From NCBI GenBank assembly GCA_029838215.1, contig JALGVI010000077.1, positions 1-20,118 of the forward strand: a stretch of DNA of 20,118 nt. Reading direction: 5' to 3'. Below are positions 1 through 8,613 of this stretch, piece after piece; position 1 is the stretch's first letter, and each line of letters starts with the position of its first letter. The notes beneath the pieces were generated by a model. That model saw nothing but the letters and a program-made list of their open reading frames with translations. It ran no database searches and was not told where the DNA came from. The stretch is from Candidatus Helarchaeota archaeon (lineage in GTDB: Archaea > Asgardarchaeota > Lokiarchaeia > Helarchaeales > RDOG01). The translations under genes and the position numbers were made by a program.

Positions 1-38
1 CTTAACGATTCTCAAAAACGATGAGGACAAGATGAAAG

Positions 39-572
39 ATGAATTTATATGACAAAATTCGTAACGTTCCTGACTTTCCCATTGAAGGAATTCAGTTCAA
101 GGACATAACAACGCTCTTGCAAGATCCAAAAGCATTTAAACAGGCAATAGACGAAATGGTAAAACATTATAAAAAGATGAAAATTGATAAAATAGTTTCT
201 CAAGAAGCCCGTGGCTTCATATTTGGAGGTGTCCTTGCATATCTTCTTGGCGCAGGCTTCGTTCCCATTCGAAAGCCAAAAAAACTTCCTTATAAAACAG
301 TTTCTTACACGTATGAAAAAGAATATGGCAAGGACGAAATCCACATGCATGAAGATGCCATCAAGAAAGGAGAAAAAGTCTTGATCTTTGACGATCTTCT
401 AGCAACAGGTGGAACCGGTCTTGCAGGTGCAAAACTGGTCGAGAAACTCGGCGGCGAAGTCATCGAGCAAGGATTCATGATCGAACTCACGGGATCCCTA
501 CACGGTCGAAAATTCCTCGAAGATAAAGGCTACAAGGTCTGGTCGTTATTGCAAATTGAAGTCGAAGAATGA
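39..572 (+). CDS. apt: Adenine phosphoribosyltransferase
   Basis: PDFPIEGIQFKDIT, EARGF, KPKKLP, EYG and the PRPP-binding motif VLIFDDLLATGGT. GAGGA upstream. Confidence 0.95.
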   Translation: MNLYDKIRNVPDFPIEGIQFKDITTLLQDPKAFKQAIDEMVKHYKKMKIDKIVSQEARGFIFGGVLAYLLGAGFVPIRKPKKLPYKTVSYTYEKEYGKDEIHMHEDAIKKGEKVLIFDDLLATGGTGLAGAKLVEKLGGEVIEQGFMIELTGSLHGRKFLEDKGYKVWSLLQIEVEE

Positions 573-599
573 TTCATGATTTTAAGGAGTTGAATAAAC

Positions 600-1454
600 T
601 TGAGATATAAAGGTTGTTCGTTCGTGCCCATTGATTTTGAACAGCGCGAAGCAATCCAAGAGATGCTACCCATAGAAATTGGCGTGATCGGTGGATCGGG
701 AAATTATGATCCAACGTTCGTGGAAAATCCAATGGAATTAAAGGTTCACACGCCATACGGAGCACCTTCAGACCACTTCATCATTGGAAAGGTCAAGGAC
801 CGAAAAGTTGCTTTCTTGGCAAGACATGGTAGAGGACACGTCATTCCTCCCCATAAAATCAATTTCCGTGCCAATATATGGGGGTTTAAGGCACTTGGCG
901 TTACCCGAATTTTAAGCCCGGGTGCGTGTGGAAGTCTACAAGAAGACATCCCTGTCGGAGAATTCGTGATTTGTGATCAAATCTTCGACCGCACCTTTGG
1001 AAGACGAGCCGATACATTCTTTGAAGGAGGCGTGGTCGCACACATCCCCTTCCAAGATCCAATGTGTCCGGAGCTTCGAAACGTTATCATCCAATCTTGC
1101 AAGGATCTGGGTCTAAAACACCATTCGGAAGGTACTTACGTCTGCATTAATGGTCCACGATTCTCGACTAAAGCAGAATCCCTCTTCTATCGCAAGATGG
1201 GATTCTCTGTTGTTGGGATGACCGTGTATCCGGAAGCAATTCTCGCAAGAGAAGCAGAAATTTGTTTTGCCAGCATTGCAATGCCCACAGATAAGGACGT
1301 CCATGGTGATGAACCCGTTGACATCGCTGTCATCCTAGAAACAATGCGAAAAAACATTGAAAATGTCCGAAAATTAATTTTTGATGTCATACCAAAGATA
1401 CCAAAAGAGCACTCCTGCGATTGCGGGCATGCCCTTGACACGTCGATGATATAA
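600..1454 (+). CDS. mtnP: S-methyl-5'-thioadenosine phosphorylase (MTAP, PNP family 2)
   Basis: IGVIGGSG, TPYGAPS, FLARHG, GPRFSTKAE, VVGMT..PE. The TDKD motif (Asp) fits 6-aminopurine specificity, and there is a C-terminal CDC. TTG start with AGGAG at 586-590; the ATG at 663 is an alternative start. Confidence 0.92.
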   Translation: MRYKGCSFVPIDFEQREAIQEMLPIEIGVIGGSGNYDPTFVENPMELKVHTPYGAPSDHFIIGKVKDRKVAFLARHGRGHVIPPHKINFRANIWGFKALGVTRILSPGACGSLQEDIPVGEFVICDQIFDRTFGRRADTFFEGGVVAHIPFQDPMCPELRNVIIQSCKDLGLKHHSEGTYVCINGPRFSTKAESLFYRKMGFSVVGMTVYPEAILAREAEICFASIAMPTDKDVHGDEPVDIAVILETMRKNIENVRKLIFDVIPKIPKEHSCDCGHALDTSMI

Positions 1455-1467
1455 ACCAATTCAATCC

Positions 1468-1495
1468 TTTTTTTCTCGTTCTTTTTAGAAAAAAA
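1468..1495 (+). terminator. Putative terminator after apt-mtnP
   Basis: T7 tract 13 nt after the stop, within a 9-bp inverted repeat TTTTTTTCT/AGAAAAAAA. Confidence 0.45.
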
Positions 1496-1526
1496 TCAAG
1501 ACCGACAAACAAGCACGAGAGTGCTG

Positions 1527-1534
1527 TTTATATA
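1527..1534 (+). promoter_or_regulatory. Archaeal TATA box for the RPA-like gene
   Basis: TTTATATA 32 nt upstream of the ATG at 1567, consistent with a short leader. Confidence 0.55.
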
Positions 1535-1566
1535 GTATTTTTTAAAACCAAACGGTCAGAAGAAGA

Positions 1567-2301
1567 ATGTCACGAGAAAAAAACGCTCATTCTGCAAATT
1601 CATTTCAATACAAGATTCACGAATTGATCGGAAAGCAACTTTTCAACATCAACCTGCAAGCCGAAGTATTCATGAAGAAATCATCCAGGCAGGTTCGCAC
1701 AAAAGATCGAAAAATTCACGTGGTAAATGAATACATCCTGATCGATGATGGCGACGACAGTCAAATCGTTTTTTCCATCTGGGACGATGAGCTTCCCGTT
1801 GGTGAATGGGTCGAAATCAATGGAGCCTACACCCAAGAGTGGAATGGTGAGTTTCGATTATCCCTTTCAAGAAGAGGTCGTTGGAAGCCCCTTGATTTAT
1901 TAAATGATGAAAACACGGAATTCCAAGCAATTGCTTCCATTCCATTTCTAAATAACCCAATTAATGTGCAAGGACACGTCGTTGAAATAGAGGAGCCAAG
2001 GACACAATCGGAAAAAATATTGCAACGAATTCTCATTGGAGATGAAACGGCAGTGATCGTGGTACACGTTACCGACAAGCATGTAAATAAATTCCAAGAA
2101 CAATTACACCGTTTTCCTCAATCATCAGATTCATTCTCACCGATCGGAGCAACACTAATAAACGCCGTGAAAACAGAGGTAAATTCGTCCCTTGTCCTGT
2201 TGCCATCTTCAAGATATTCTATAAAACTTGATGCTCCTGGATTAAATCCACTTCAAGTCAACTTGGATAAAAATATCACGTACCCAGACCTGAATGTTTG
2301 A
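1567..2301 (+). CDS. Single-stranded DNA-binding protein / RPA-like, two OB folds
   Basis: OB1: KIHEL..NINLQAEV..K..RQVRTKD..V.E.IL.D...FSIWDD...GEWVEINGAYTQEWNGEFRLSL.RRG. More degenerate OB2: INVQGHVVEIEEPRT..LQRILIGDETAVI. Confidence 0.8.
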   Translation: MSREKNAHSANSFQYKIHELIGKQLFNINLQAEVFMKKSSRQVRTKDRKIHVVNEYILIDDGDDSQIVFSIWDDELPVGEWVEINGAYTQEWNGEFRLSLSRRGRWKPLDLLNDENTEFQAIASIPFLNNPINVQGHVVEIEEPRTQSEKILQRILIGDETAVIVVHVTDKHVNKFQEQLHRFPQSSDSFSPIGATLINAVKTEVNSSLVLLPSSRYSIKLDAPGLNPLQVNLDKNITYPDLNV

Positions 2302-2320
2302 AGAAATGATTTAAAAAAAG

Positions 2321-2959
2321 TCAACAATTTTTCAGAATTTCCTTCAAGTCAATGTCTTGTTCCTTCAAGACCTTGGAAATCACGTTGAAATAATATAGCC
2401 GGGGATTCAAATGATTGATCTTCACTTCATAAATACGATATTTGTCAACAGATATGTCTTCATTCGTGTTGAACCGTTCCAATCCAAATTGTCCGAGTTG
2501 TAAATTCTTGACTTCATGTGGTTCAATTTCGATGATCATTCCATAAATCGCCGTTTGAGTCTTTATATATGCATACTTAGCTGATTCGAAAATATGCGGC
2601 GTCAATCTAATGACAGGTCCCCTAACGGGATGTTTATTCGTATCATCAGCCTTCAAGATTCCCTTATTTCGAACATTCTCGAAGTGCTCTTCGTGAATAC
2701 CTCTGTACAAGTTGTATTTTGTATTCAGGATTACTTTCTTATTGTCTTCAATCCGAAGAAGGGGGTAAAGTTTTTCGATGTCAATGCCCGGAAAGAAACT
2801 CTGTGCCGTCCTGAGACTCGTTTTGTGGTATCCGTGTTTCAAGGCTTTCTCGACACTTCGAATCATCTTGAGCTCAATGTTTGTAAACTGCTCCGTGTGA
2901 TTCAAAAAGCCCAAGAGATAATCAATCCTTTTATAAAATTCGAAATTTTCCTCCGACAC
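2321..2959 (-). CDS. Hypothetical protein with ADP-ribosyltransferase / Tpt1(KptA) C-lobe-like fold
   Basis: LYRGI..EHFENVRNKGIL, then VIRLTPHIFESAKYA, GMIIEIE and ERFNTNEDI in the order typical of ART-fold strands. GTG start. Confidence 0.55.
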   Translation of the reverse strand: MSEENFEFYKRIDYLLGFLNHTEQFTNIELKMIRSVEKALKHGYHKTSLRTAQSFFPGIDIEKLYPLLRIEDNKKVILNTKYNLYRGIHEEHFENVRNKGILKADDTNKHPVRGPVIRLTPHIFESAKYAYIKTQTAIYGMIIEIEPHEVKNLQLGQFGLERFNTNEDISVDKYRIYEVKINHLNPRLYYFNVISKVLKEQDIDLKEILKNC

Positions 2960-3146
2960 TAGTAATCAACTTAAACTGACTAAATTCAAATCGTGCTAAA
3001 CTAGAACAATCTTGATTAAATTAACAAGCGGTATTTATTTTCGATTCATAAAAAACGCTTTTGCAAAGCCTTCGTCAACGAATCATTTCTCGTTTAAGAA
3101 AATAAAAGATTGAAAAAATTTTTATCAAAAGATTTCAAATTTAAGC

Positions 3147-3989
3147 ATGATGCAAGGATTTGATAACATGTCCGATGAGCTTTCAAGACAAATCGATCGA
3201 GTCGTTGAAATCCTCCTTAACTCGAACCGCGTGGTGGTTTTTACAGGGGCAGGTTTGAGCACGGAAAGTGGGATTCCAGATTTTCGCGGTAAAAATGGTT
3301 TATGGAAGAAAGTCGATCCAAAAACATCCCATATAGACTATTTTCTCAAATATCCTGACCGATACTGGAGTCGTGCAGCAGGATTGGATGACGGTCCAAC
3401 ATTAGGGAACATACTCGAAAAAAAGCCAAATAACGGTCATCTTTCCGTTGCGGAATTGGGGAAGCTGGGTAAATTAAGTGCCATCATCACTCAAAATGTA
3501 GATGGCTTGCACCATAAAGCAGCCGAACAGATGAACGTGGATGGTGTTCCCATTTATGAGTTGCACGGCACGATGCGAACCGCACGATGCATGGATTGCG
3601 GCGAAAAATATTCTCGCATGGACATAATCGTGAGAGTGAAAAATGGGGAATTGCCACCAAGACACGAATCTTGTAAGGATGAATATTATGGAGGATTGAT
3701 CAAGACAAACACGGTTCTTTTCGGTGAGCCACTCCCAATGGAAGCCATCGATGGCGCGTGGTCAGCTGCTCAAAACTCGGATTGTGTCCTTGCTTTGGGA
3801 AGCACGTTGACTGTTTCGCCTGCCAACCACATACCACGAATTGCTAAAGAAAACGGCGCTAAATTCATCATAATTAATTTAGATTCCACAGTCATGGATT
3901 ATTTAGCAGACGTGGTGATTCTAGGCAAGTTAGGGAAAGTCTTGCCCGAAATCATGACAAAAATGAAGAGTGCCATTCAAGTAGAATGA
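3147..3989 (+). CDS. cobB: NAD-dependent protein deacylase, Sir2 family
   Basis: TGAGLSTESGIPDFRG, TQNVDGLH, ELHG, CMDC, VLFGE, GSTL.VSPA, IINL. True start may be the ATG at 3168. Confidence 0.95.
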   Translation: MMQGFDNMSDELSRQIDRVVEILLNSNRVVVFTGAGLSTESGIPDFRGKNGLWKKVDPKTSHIDYFLKYPDRYWSRAAGLDDGPTLGNILEKKPNNGHLSVAELGKLGKLSAIITQNVDGLHHKAAEQMNVDGVPIYELHGTMRTARCMDCGEKYSRMDIIVRVKNGELPPRHESCKDEYYGGLIKTNTVLFGEPLPMEAIDGAWSAAQNSDCVLALGSTLTVSPANHIPRIAKENGAKFIIINLDSTVMDYLADVVILGKLGKVLPEIMTKMKSAIQVE

Positions 3990-4128
3990 TAGATCCTGAT
4001 GATTGTCAATAGAAAGACGTTTTTATTCCAATAAATCGCGAATTTGATATATTTACAAAGCTTTTTATCGAAAATTCTCGTGAATTGTAATGAAGTTTTA
4101 AATTTAACTCAAGTTTTGAGGTCTAAAA

Positions 4129-4953
4129 ATGACTGAAGACATGGTTCTAATAGAAGAAAATGACGATAAAACGATAACCACGCTCAAGTTAAACCGATTA
4201 AAGAAGAAAAATGCTTTGAACTTTGAGCTCTTTACCGCATTAGAAGAGGCAATAGAAAAAATAGAAAAATCAAGCACGCGCGTCGTTATCATCACGGGTG
4301 GAGAGAATTCATTTTCTGCAGGAATTGACCTAAAAATGTTGACGGGTCAAGATCCTGCTGCAATGGGAAAGATCCCCAATCTTGCCAATCCCCCTAATTT
4401 TCGATATTGGCTAAATACCTGGCTTCAACCGATCTTGACCAAGATCGAACAGATGGAAAAGCCCGTGATTGCGAAGATTAATGGATTCTGTCTCGGCTCA
4501 GGATTGGAGATTGCCCTGGCCTGTGACTTTAGGTTTGCAGTTGAGACGGCAACAATGGATTTAAGAGAAACTCGCGTGGGGATCATTAGCGATGTAGGAG
4601 GGGTTTCACGTATCGTGCGATTAGTAGGCATTCCACGAGCAAAAGACATTCTTTTGACAGGACGCACGTTTGATGCGAAGGAAGCACTTGAAATGGGACT
4701 TCTTCATGGAATCGCAAAAGACCTTAAGGAATTGGACGAGATGGTATTGGCTTACGCAGAAGAATTAAAGAAAGCCGGACCTCTAGCAATTGGAATCGGG
4801 AAGCGCCTCATAGATGCCTGCTATGGTAAAGACGTTCATTTTGGCATGTTCTTGGAAGGCTTGGCAAACTCCCAATTGCTTCAATCAAAGGATTTCATGA
4901 ATGCGGCTTTTGCACGATTCCAGAAAAAGGAACCGAAATGGAAAGGAAAATGA
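4129..4953 (+). CDS. Enoyl-CoA hydratase/isomerase (crotonase family)
   Basis: LNRLKKKNAL, FSAGIDL, KPVIAKINGFCLGSGLEIALACDFR, ETRVG, LLTGRTFDAKEALEMGL, KEPKWKGK. Confidence 0.92.
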   Translation: MTEDMVLIEENDDKTITTLKLNRLKKKNALNFELFTALEEAIEKIEKSSTRVVIITGGENSFSAGIDLKMLTGQDPAAMGKIPNLANPPNFRYWLNTWLQPILTKIEQMEKPVIAKINGFCLGSGLEIALACDFRFAVETATMDLRETRVGIISDVGGVSRIVRLVGIPRAKDILLTGRTFDAKEALEMGLLHGIAKDLKELDEMVLAYAEELKKAGPLAIGIGKRLIDACYGKDVHFGMFLEGLANSQLLQSKDFMNAAFARFQKKEPKWKGK

Positions 4954-4991
4954 TTTTTCAATCAACATGACAACTTTTTTTCATTCATTTC

Positions 4992-5600
4992 TCATTTTTC
5001 CAATCCAAATATGGGAGATCCGCCGACTTTGAGCTTCTCGGTTTCTTCTTTAGTCAAGGTTTTAATGGATATTTTATTTTCATCATCAGATATGATTGCA
5101 CTATTTCCCATGGGATCTTCTAAGATGAGAGTGAATGATTCATTTCCTTCGATTGCATGAGCCACTTTTCGGATGAGATCCTTACAATTAAACATTTTTT
5201 CAGGATGTTCCAGCGACATATACGTGAATTGCAAGACTTCCGTGATTCTCAACAGAATACCCTCTATATTGGTAAAATATCCTTCTGAAGCAATTGAAGG
5301 TTCAATTTCGACACCAAATTCTGGGATTCTAATGGTACAGGAGCTGCTTTTTATGACCTTGGTAGAAAGGTCAGCCTCCGAACTAAATCTAAACGCGAAA
5401 CGTTTTGGCTCCTTAGAAAATACACTGAAAAGATCGTTGGTCTTAAACGAACAATTTTCCTTTTCACATTTAAGATGTAGAAGAATGGTTTCCCCAAAAT
5501 GAGGAATGTCGAGTTCTTCGAGATGGGATTTAATTGACGAATTGCAATAAGGGCATTTCAAGTTAGAGAAAAAAGATTCATACTTTCTCATTGAACTCAT
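4992..5600 (-). CDS. zpr1: ZPR1-type zinc finger protein (archaeal single-module form)
   Basis: CPYC, DIPHFGE, C..C, VIKSSSCTIRIPE.GVEIEP, EGYFTNIEGIL, FTLILEDPMGNSAI. Confidence 0.92.
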   Translation of the reverse strand: MSSMRKYESFFSNLKCPYCNSSIKSHLEELDIPHFGETILLHLKCEKENCSFKTNDLFSVFSKEPKRFAFRFSSEADLSTKVIKSSSCTIRIPEFGVEIEPSIASEGYFTNIEGILLRITEVLQFTYMSLEHPEKMFNCKDLIRKVAHAIEGNESFTLILEDPMGNSAIISDDENKISIKTLTKEETEKLKVGGSPIFGLEK

Positions 5601-5653
5601 GTTAAAACGAGGTCCAATTCGTTAAAAAAAACATCCATTCATGCAATTTTTTT

Positions 5654-6652
5654 TCATCGATTTGAAAAGAACCGGCATCTCTCGAGGCTCTCTTTTAGTG
5701 CCCCAAATTCTTCAGTTGAAATATCTCTTATTGATTTTCCCTTCAATTCTTCGAGTTTTGGATTAGATGAGTCAGTCAATACTTCACCGATCTTTCCATT
5801 TCCGATGAGAAAATCTGCCTGCGATTCTTCATGATGAAAGATAAAAACATCTTTTTTAATTTTGAGAAAAAATCTCTGTTTCTTATCTCCACTGCGAAAT
5901 AGCCATTTTATCGAGCCGTAAACGGGCTCCAATTCAGTAATGTAATTCATTTCGGCCTCATTTAACTCATCAACCGAAAAACTTGCTCCGACATCACGTT
6001 CATATTCTTTTAGAAGTAGGTCGATCAATTCTCTTCTTGAAGGTACTTCTTCAATCTCACGTTGGATAGAAGTGATGTAATTTTCCAAGGTCATTTCTGC
6101 CAGTTTCTTAAAATTCTCGGACGGCATGTTCAGACACGAAAGAAATATGGAGACGTTAAAGTTTAAAAGAATGTTTCCGACCAAAAGACCAACTTTTTCG
6201 ATTGATGCTGAACCCGAACCCGAGATTTTCCGTCCTCTGACTTCAATCTCATTGTAATCAATTGTTGCGGGAATGCCAAGTGAATTATACAGCTTATTCG
6301 GTGCGGGCAATGCGACTTTTATCAGGTTGTGAAGGGGATTTGGAAATTGAAAGCCTGGCAAAAGAACATTGAATAAGATTTGGTCTTCATCGACTAGAAC
6401 AGTCCCTCCACCAGCCAAACGTCGGGTATAAGGCATTTCAAAGGATTTACAGGCATCCAAATCTAATTCTTCCTCAACATCTTGGTGAAAACCACAACTC
6501 ATGATCTTTCCATTCAGACTCTGAAGAATTAGCAAGTTTGGAGGCGACTTCTGTTCGGAGAGACTCAGTGAACAGGCATGCCAAATTAACTGTGATTGTA
6601 ATGGGGTCTGATTTTCCAAAATAAGCACGCGCCACGGTTTCTGAGCACTCAT
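5654..6652 (-). CDS. Lipoate-protein ligase A family protein (BPL/LplA/LipB fold)
   Basis: CGFHQDVEEE, RRLAGGGTV, GRKISGSG, VGNILLNF. Short, degenerate C-terminal accessory region. Confidence 0.88.
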   Translation of the reverse strand: MSAQKPWRVLILENQTPLQSQLIWHACSLSLSEQKSPPNLLILQSLNGKIMSCGFHQDVEEELDLDACKSFEMPYTRRLAGGGTVLVDEDQILFNVLLPGFQFPNPLHNLIKVALPAPNKLYNSLGIPATIDYNEIEVRGRKISGSGSASIEKVGLLVGNILLNFNVSIFLSCLNMPSENFKKLAEMTLENYITSIQREIEEVPSRRELIDLLLKEYERDVGASFSVDELNEAEMNYITELEPVYGSIKWLFRSGDKKQRFFLKIKKDVFIFHHEESQADFLIGNGKIGEVLTDSSNPKLEELKGKSIRDISTEEFGALKESLERCRFFSNR

Positions 6653-6792
6653 TCCAAAATTTCCCCAATAAAATGAACTTGATTTTCCGGTTCTATATGT
6701 TTGATATATTATTATTCTGTGGTCTTTTGATTTTAATCATTAGCAATCAATTTGGAACCGATCCGCGAAAATAAAAAACAAAGTAGTCCCTG

Positions 6793-8613
6793 CTACCACC
6801 ACGGTATAACGCGGAATAAACTCGAATTTCTAAGTCCATAGGTTGAAGAGTTTTCCAAATAGGACAACTCCAATACAAAGTGACTGTTATTGAGGAAGTC
6901 ATACACGAAGCCAGGGGGGTTCAACACCCAATCCGTTAAAATGACATCACTTATCTGCTGAAGTTCAATTAAATCAAAGAAAGATTGATTATCAATGTCA
7001 TTGTTAAAAGTGATTATTGGATATTTACCCCCAGTTGCGACAAATACTATAATGTCTAAATATGGATAATTCTCACTCATCAAAATGGTCGTATTATCCC
7101 AATTTCTGTTATTAAAATGATGAGAGAATAATATGATCCCGCCATATGCGCGTGGATCATCAAAAACAGAGTAGTAGAACCGGGAATCTACGATAAAAGT
7201 GGTTATTAGACAAAAAACGAATGAGAGCATCAGCAGTGGATATAATACATTTCTCTTCAACCTCTTCCAAGTCATTGTATTTGTTCTTCTTATCCATGAT
7301 CCCAAATCTTTGGTTCCCATAAATAATCTAACGATAGCATAATAAACGGGAAATATTAAAGGCGCATCGTATCTGTACCCCACGTATTGAAGATTGACAA
7401 GTTGAAAATCGTGAAAAAAGTTAATTTCCAGAAGCAAAACGTAATAAAACGTGAAATACCAAATAAGGCACAACACGCCAAATTTATCAAAATACTTTCT
7501 ATTCTTCTTATAAGCCCAGATTTGGAAAATTGCATACGCAAGCATGATTAAATTGAAAAAAGAATGAAACGTCCCCAAATTGAGAAAAATCCAATAAAAA
7601 TATAACACGACGGTATAGCCCAGAAAAAAAATATCGGCAAAATCAAGCCGAGAATCTACGCTTTTCATTACACTACCAAGAATTGGTGCCACCACGATGA
7701 GAATAATGAGAATGATAATGCCTTCGGCGATTAAAATGCTGGCATATTTCAATTTTTTTGTATAATTCTTCCTTCTCATCGATAGAAAAAGGTATGATAA
7801 AATCATCGGAAAAATTGTGAATCCTATCAATTTTACAAGGATTGTAATGTTAAAAAGGAGGAGTCCCAACAGGAAATATCTCAAGTCATCATTATTAAAG
7901 CCTTTATAGAAGAATATAATGCTAAAAATAAACATGTACGTGAGGACGATGTCAATTTCGCCGATAAAAATTGACCCGATGAAGAAAGAAATACTAAATA
8001 ATACCGAAACGATAAATGCAAATTTAAATTCGAACGTGGACTTTAACAAATAAAATAGAATGATATCCGAAGCTATGATGAAAACCAACGTGATAGTCCT
8101 CGTGACAATGCACGAAAACGGGATAAAATTAAAGATGATGGCGTTTAGAAAAAGGATCAAGGGTCTATCTAGAAATCCAAACATGAGAAGGGGCTGAATA
8201 TTCCCTCGTCTCAATTGCTCTGAAACGTAAAGATATTTCGTCTCATCATAACCAGAAATGTTAAAAGAATTAAAATAAAAATACAAATTCACTGCAATTG
8301 CAATGGCTAAAAAAATCAAAAAACTCACTAACACGCTAATTTTTACACGCTTTTTTATTCTATCACCCAGAAAAATCAAGACGAACAGGAACACGACAAT
8401 AGAAACGGCTAGCACGTCGATAAAGATCGTGACCAAAATATTGATATATAAAATCAGAAAGTAACTGGGAAATTCCATTTCATTGTCTTCCTTTTTATGG
8501 TTTGAACGGGTCCTTTCTTTTAGACAAGCATGAACATCATCCAAGCATCGTTTGAGGCGGATTCGCACTCTCCAAACGCATTGCGATCTGTCAAGTCCCG
8601 TGATCGAATGCAT
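6793..8613 (-). CDS. Multi-pass membrane glycosyltransferase, GT-C fold (PMT_2/ArnT/GT39-like)
   Basis: Many hydrophobic segments, YDE motif after the N-terminal helices, DRP motif, LVK, and a soluble C-terminal tail. Likely start is Met46 (ATG at 8478, MEFPSY); the first 45 codons look non-coding. Confidence 0.75.
   Translation of the reverse strand: MHSITGLDRSQCVWRVRIRLKRCLDDVHACLKERTRSNHKKEDNEMEFPSYFLILYINILVTIFIDVLAVSIVVFLFVLIFLGDRIKKRVKISVLVSFLIFLAIAIAVNLYFYFNSFNISGYDETKYLYVSEQLRRGNIQPLLMFGFLDRPLILFLNAIIFNFIPFSCIVTRTITLVFIIASDIILFYLLKSTFEFKFAFIVSVLFSISFFIGSIFIGEIDIVLTYMFIFSIIFFYKGFNNDDLRYFLLGLLLFNITILVKLIGFTIFPMILSYLFLSMRRKNYTKKLKYASILIAEGIIILIILIVVAPILGSVMKSVDSRLDFADIFFLGYTVVLYFYWIFLNLGTFHSFFNLIMLAYAIFQIWAYKKNRKYFDKFGVLCLIWYFTFYYVLLLEINFFHDFQLVNLQYVGYRYDAPLIFPVYYAIVRLFMGTKDLGSWIRRTNTMTWKRLKRNVLYPLLMLSFVFCLITTFIVDSRFYYSVFDDPRAYGGIILFSHHFNNRNWDNTTILMSENYPYLDIIVFVATGGKYPIITFNNDIDNQSFFDLIELQQISDVILTDWVLNPPGFVYDFLNNSHFVLELSYLENSSTYGLRNSSLFRVIPWW

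Noticed and set aside
2-52. Open frame LTILKNDEDKMKDEFI* overlapping the apt start, possibly the end of an upstream gene
   Set aside because: Too short to identify, and another frame also closes with a stop at 22-24; not resolvable within the window.
3147-3989. Sir2 as a defence-system (Thoeris/DSR) or SirTM-type sirtuin
   Set aside because: It has the full canonical deacylase motif set with the catalytic His and a zinc domain, and no macrodomain or defence partner genes.
7695-7720. Short ATGAGAAT(A/G) repeats
   Set aside because: They are the reverse complement of an Ile/Leu-rich transmembrane run, not a repeat element.
8479-8613. N-terminal 45-aa extension of the glycosyltransferase ORF
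   Set aside because: Atypical composition, a purine-rich stretch before Met46 and a TTATATAA element at 8620-8627 favour the later start.
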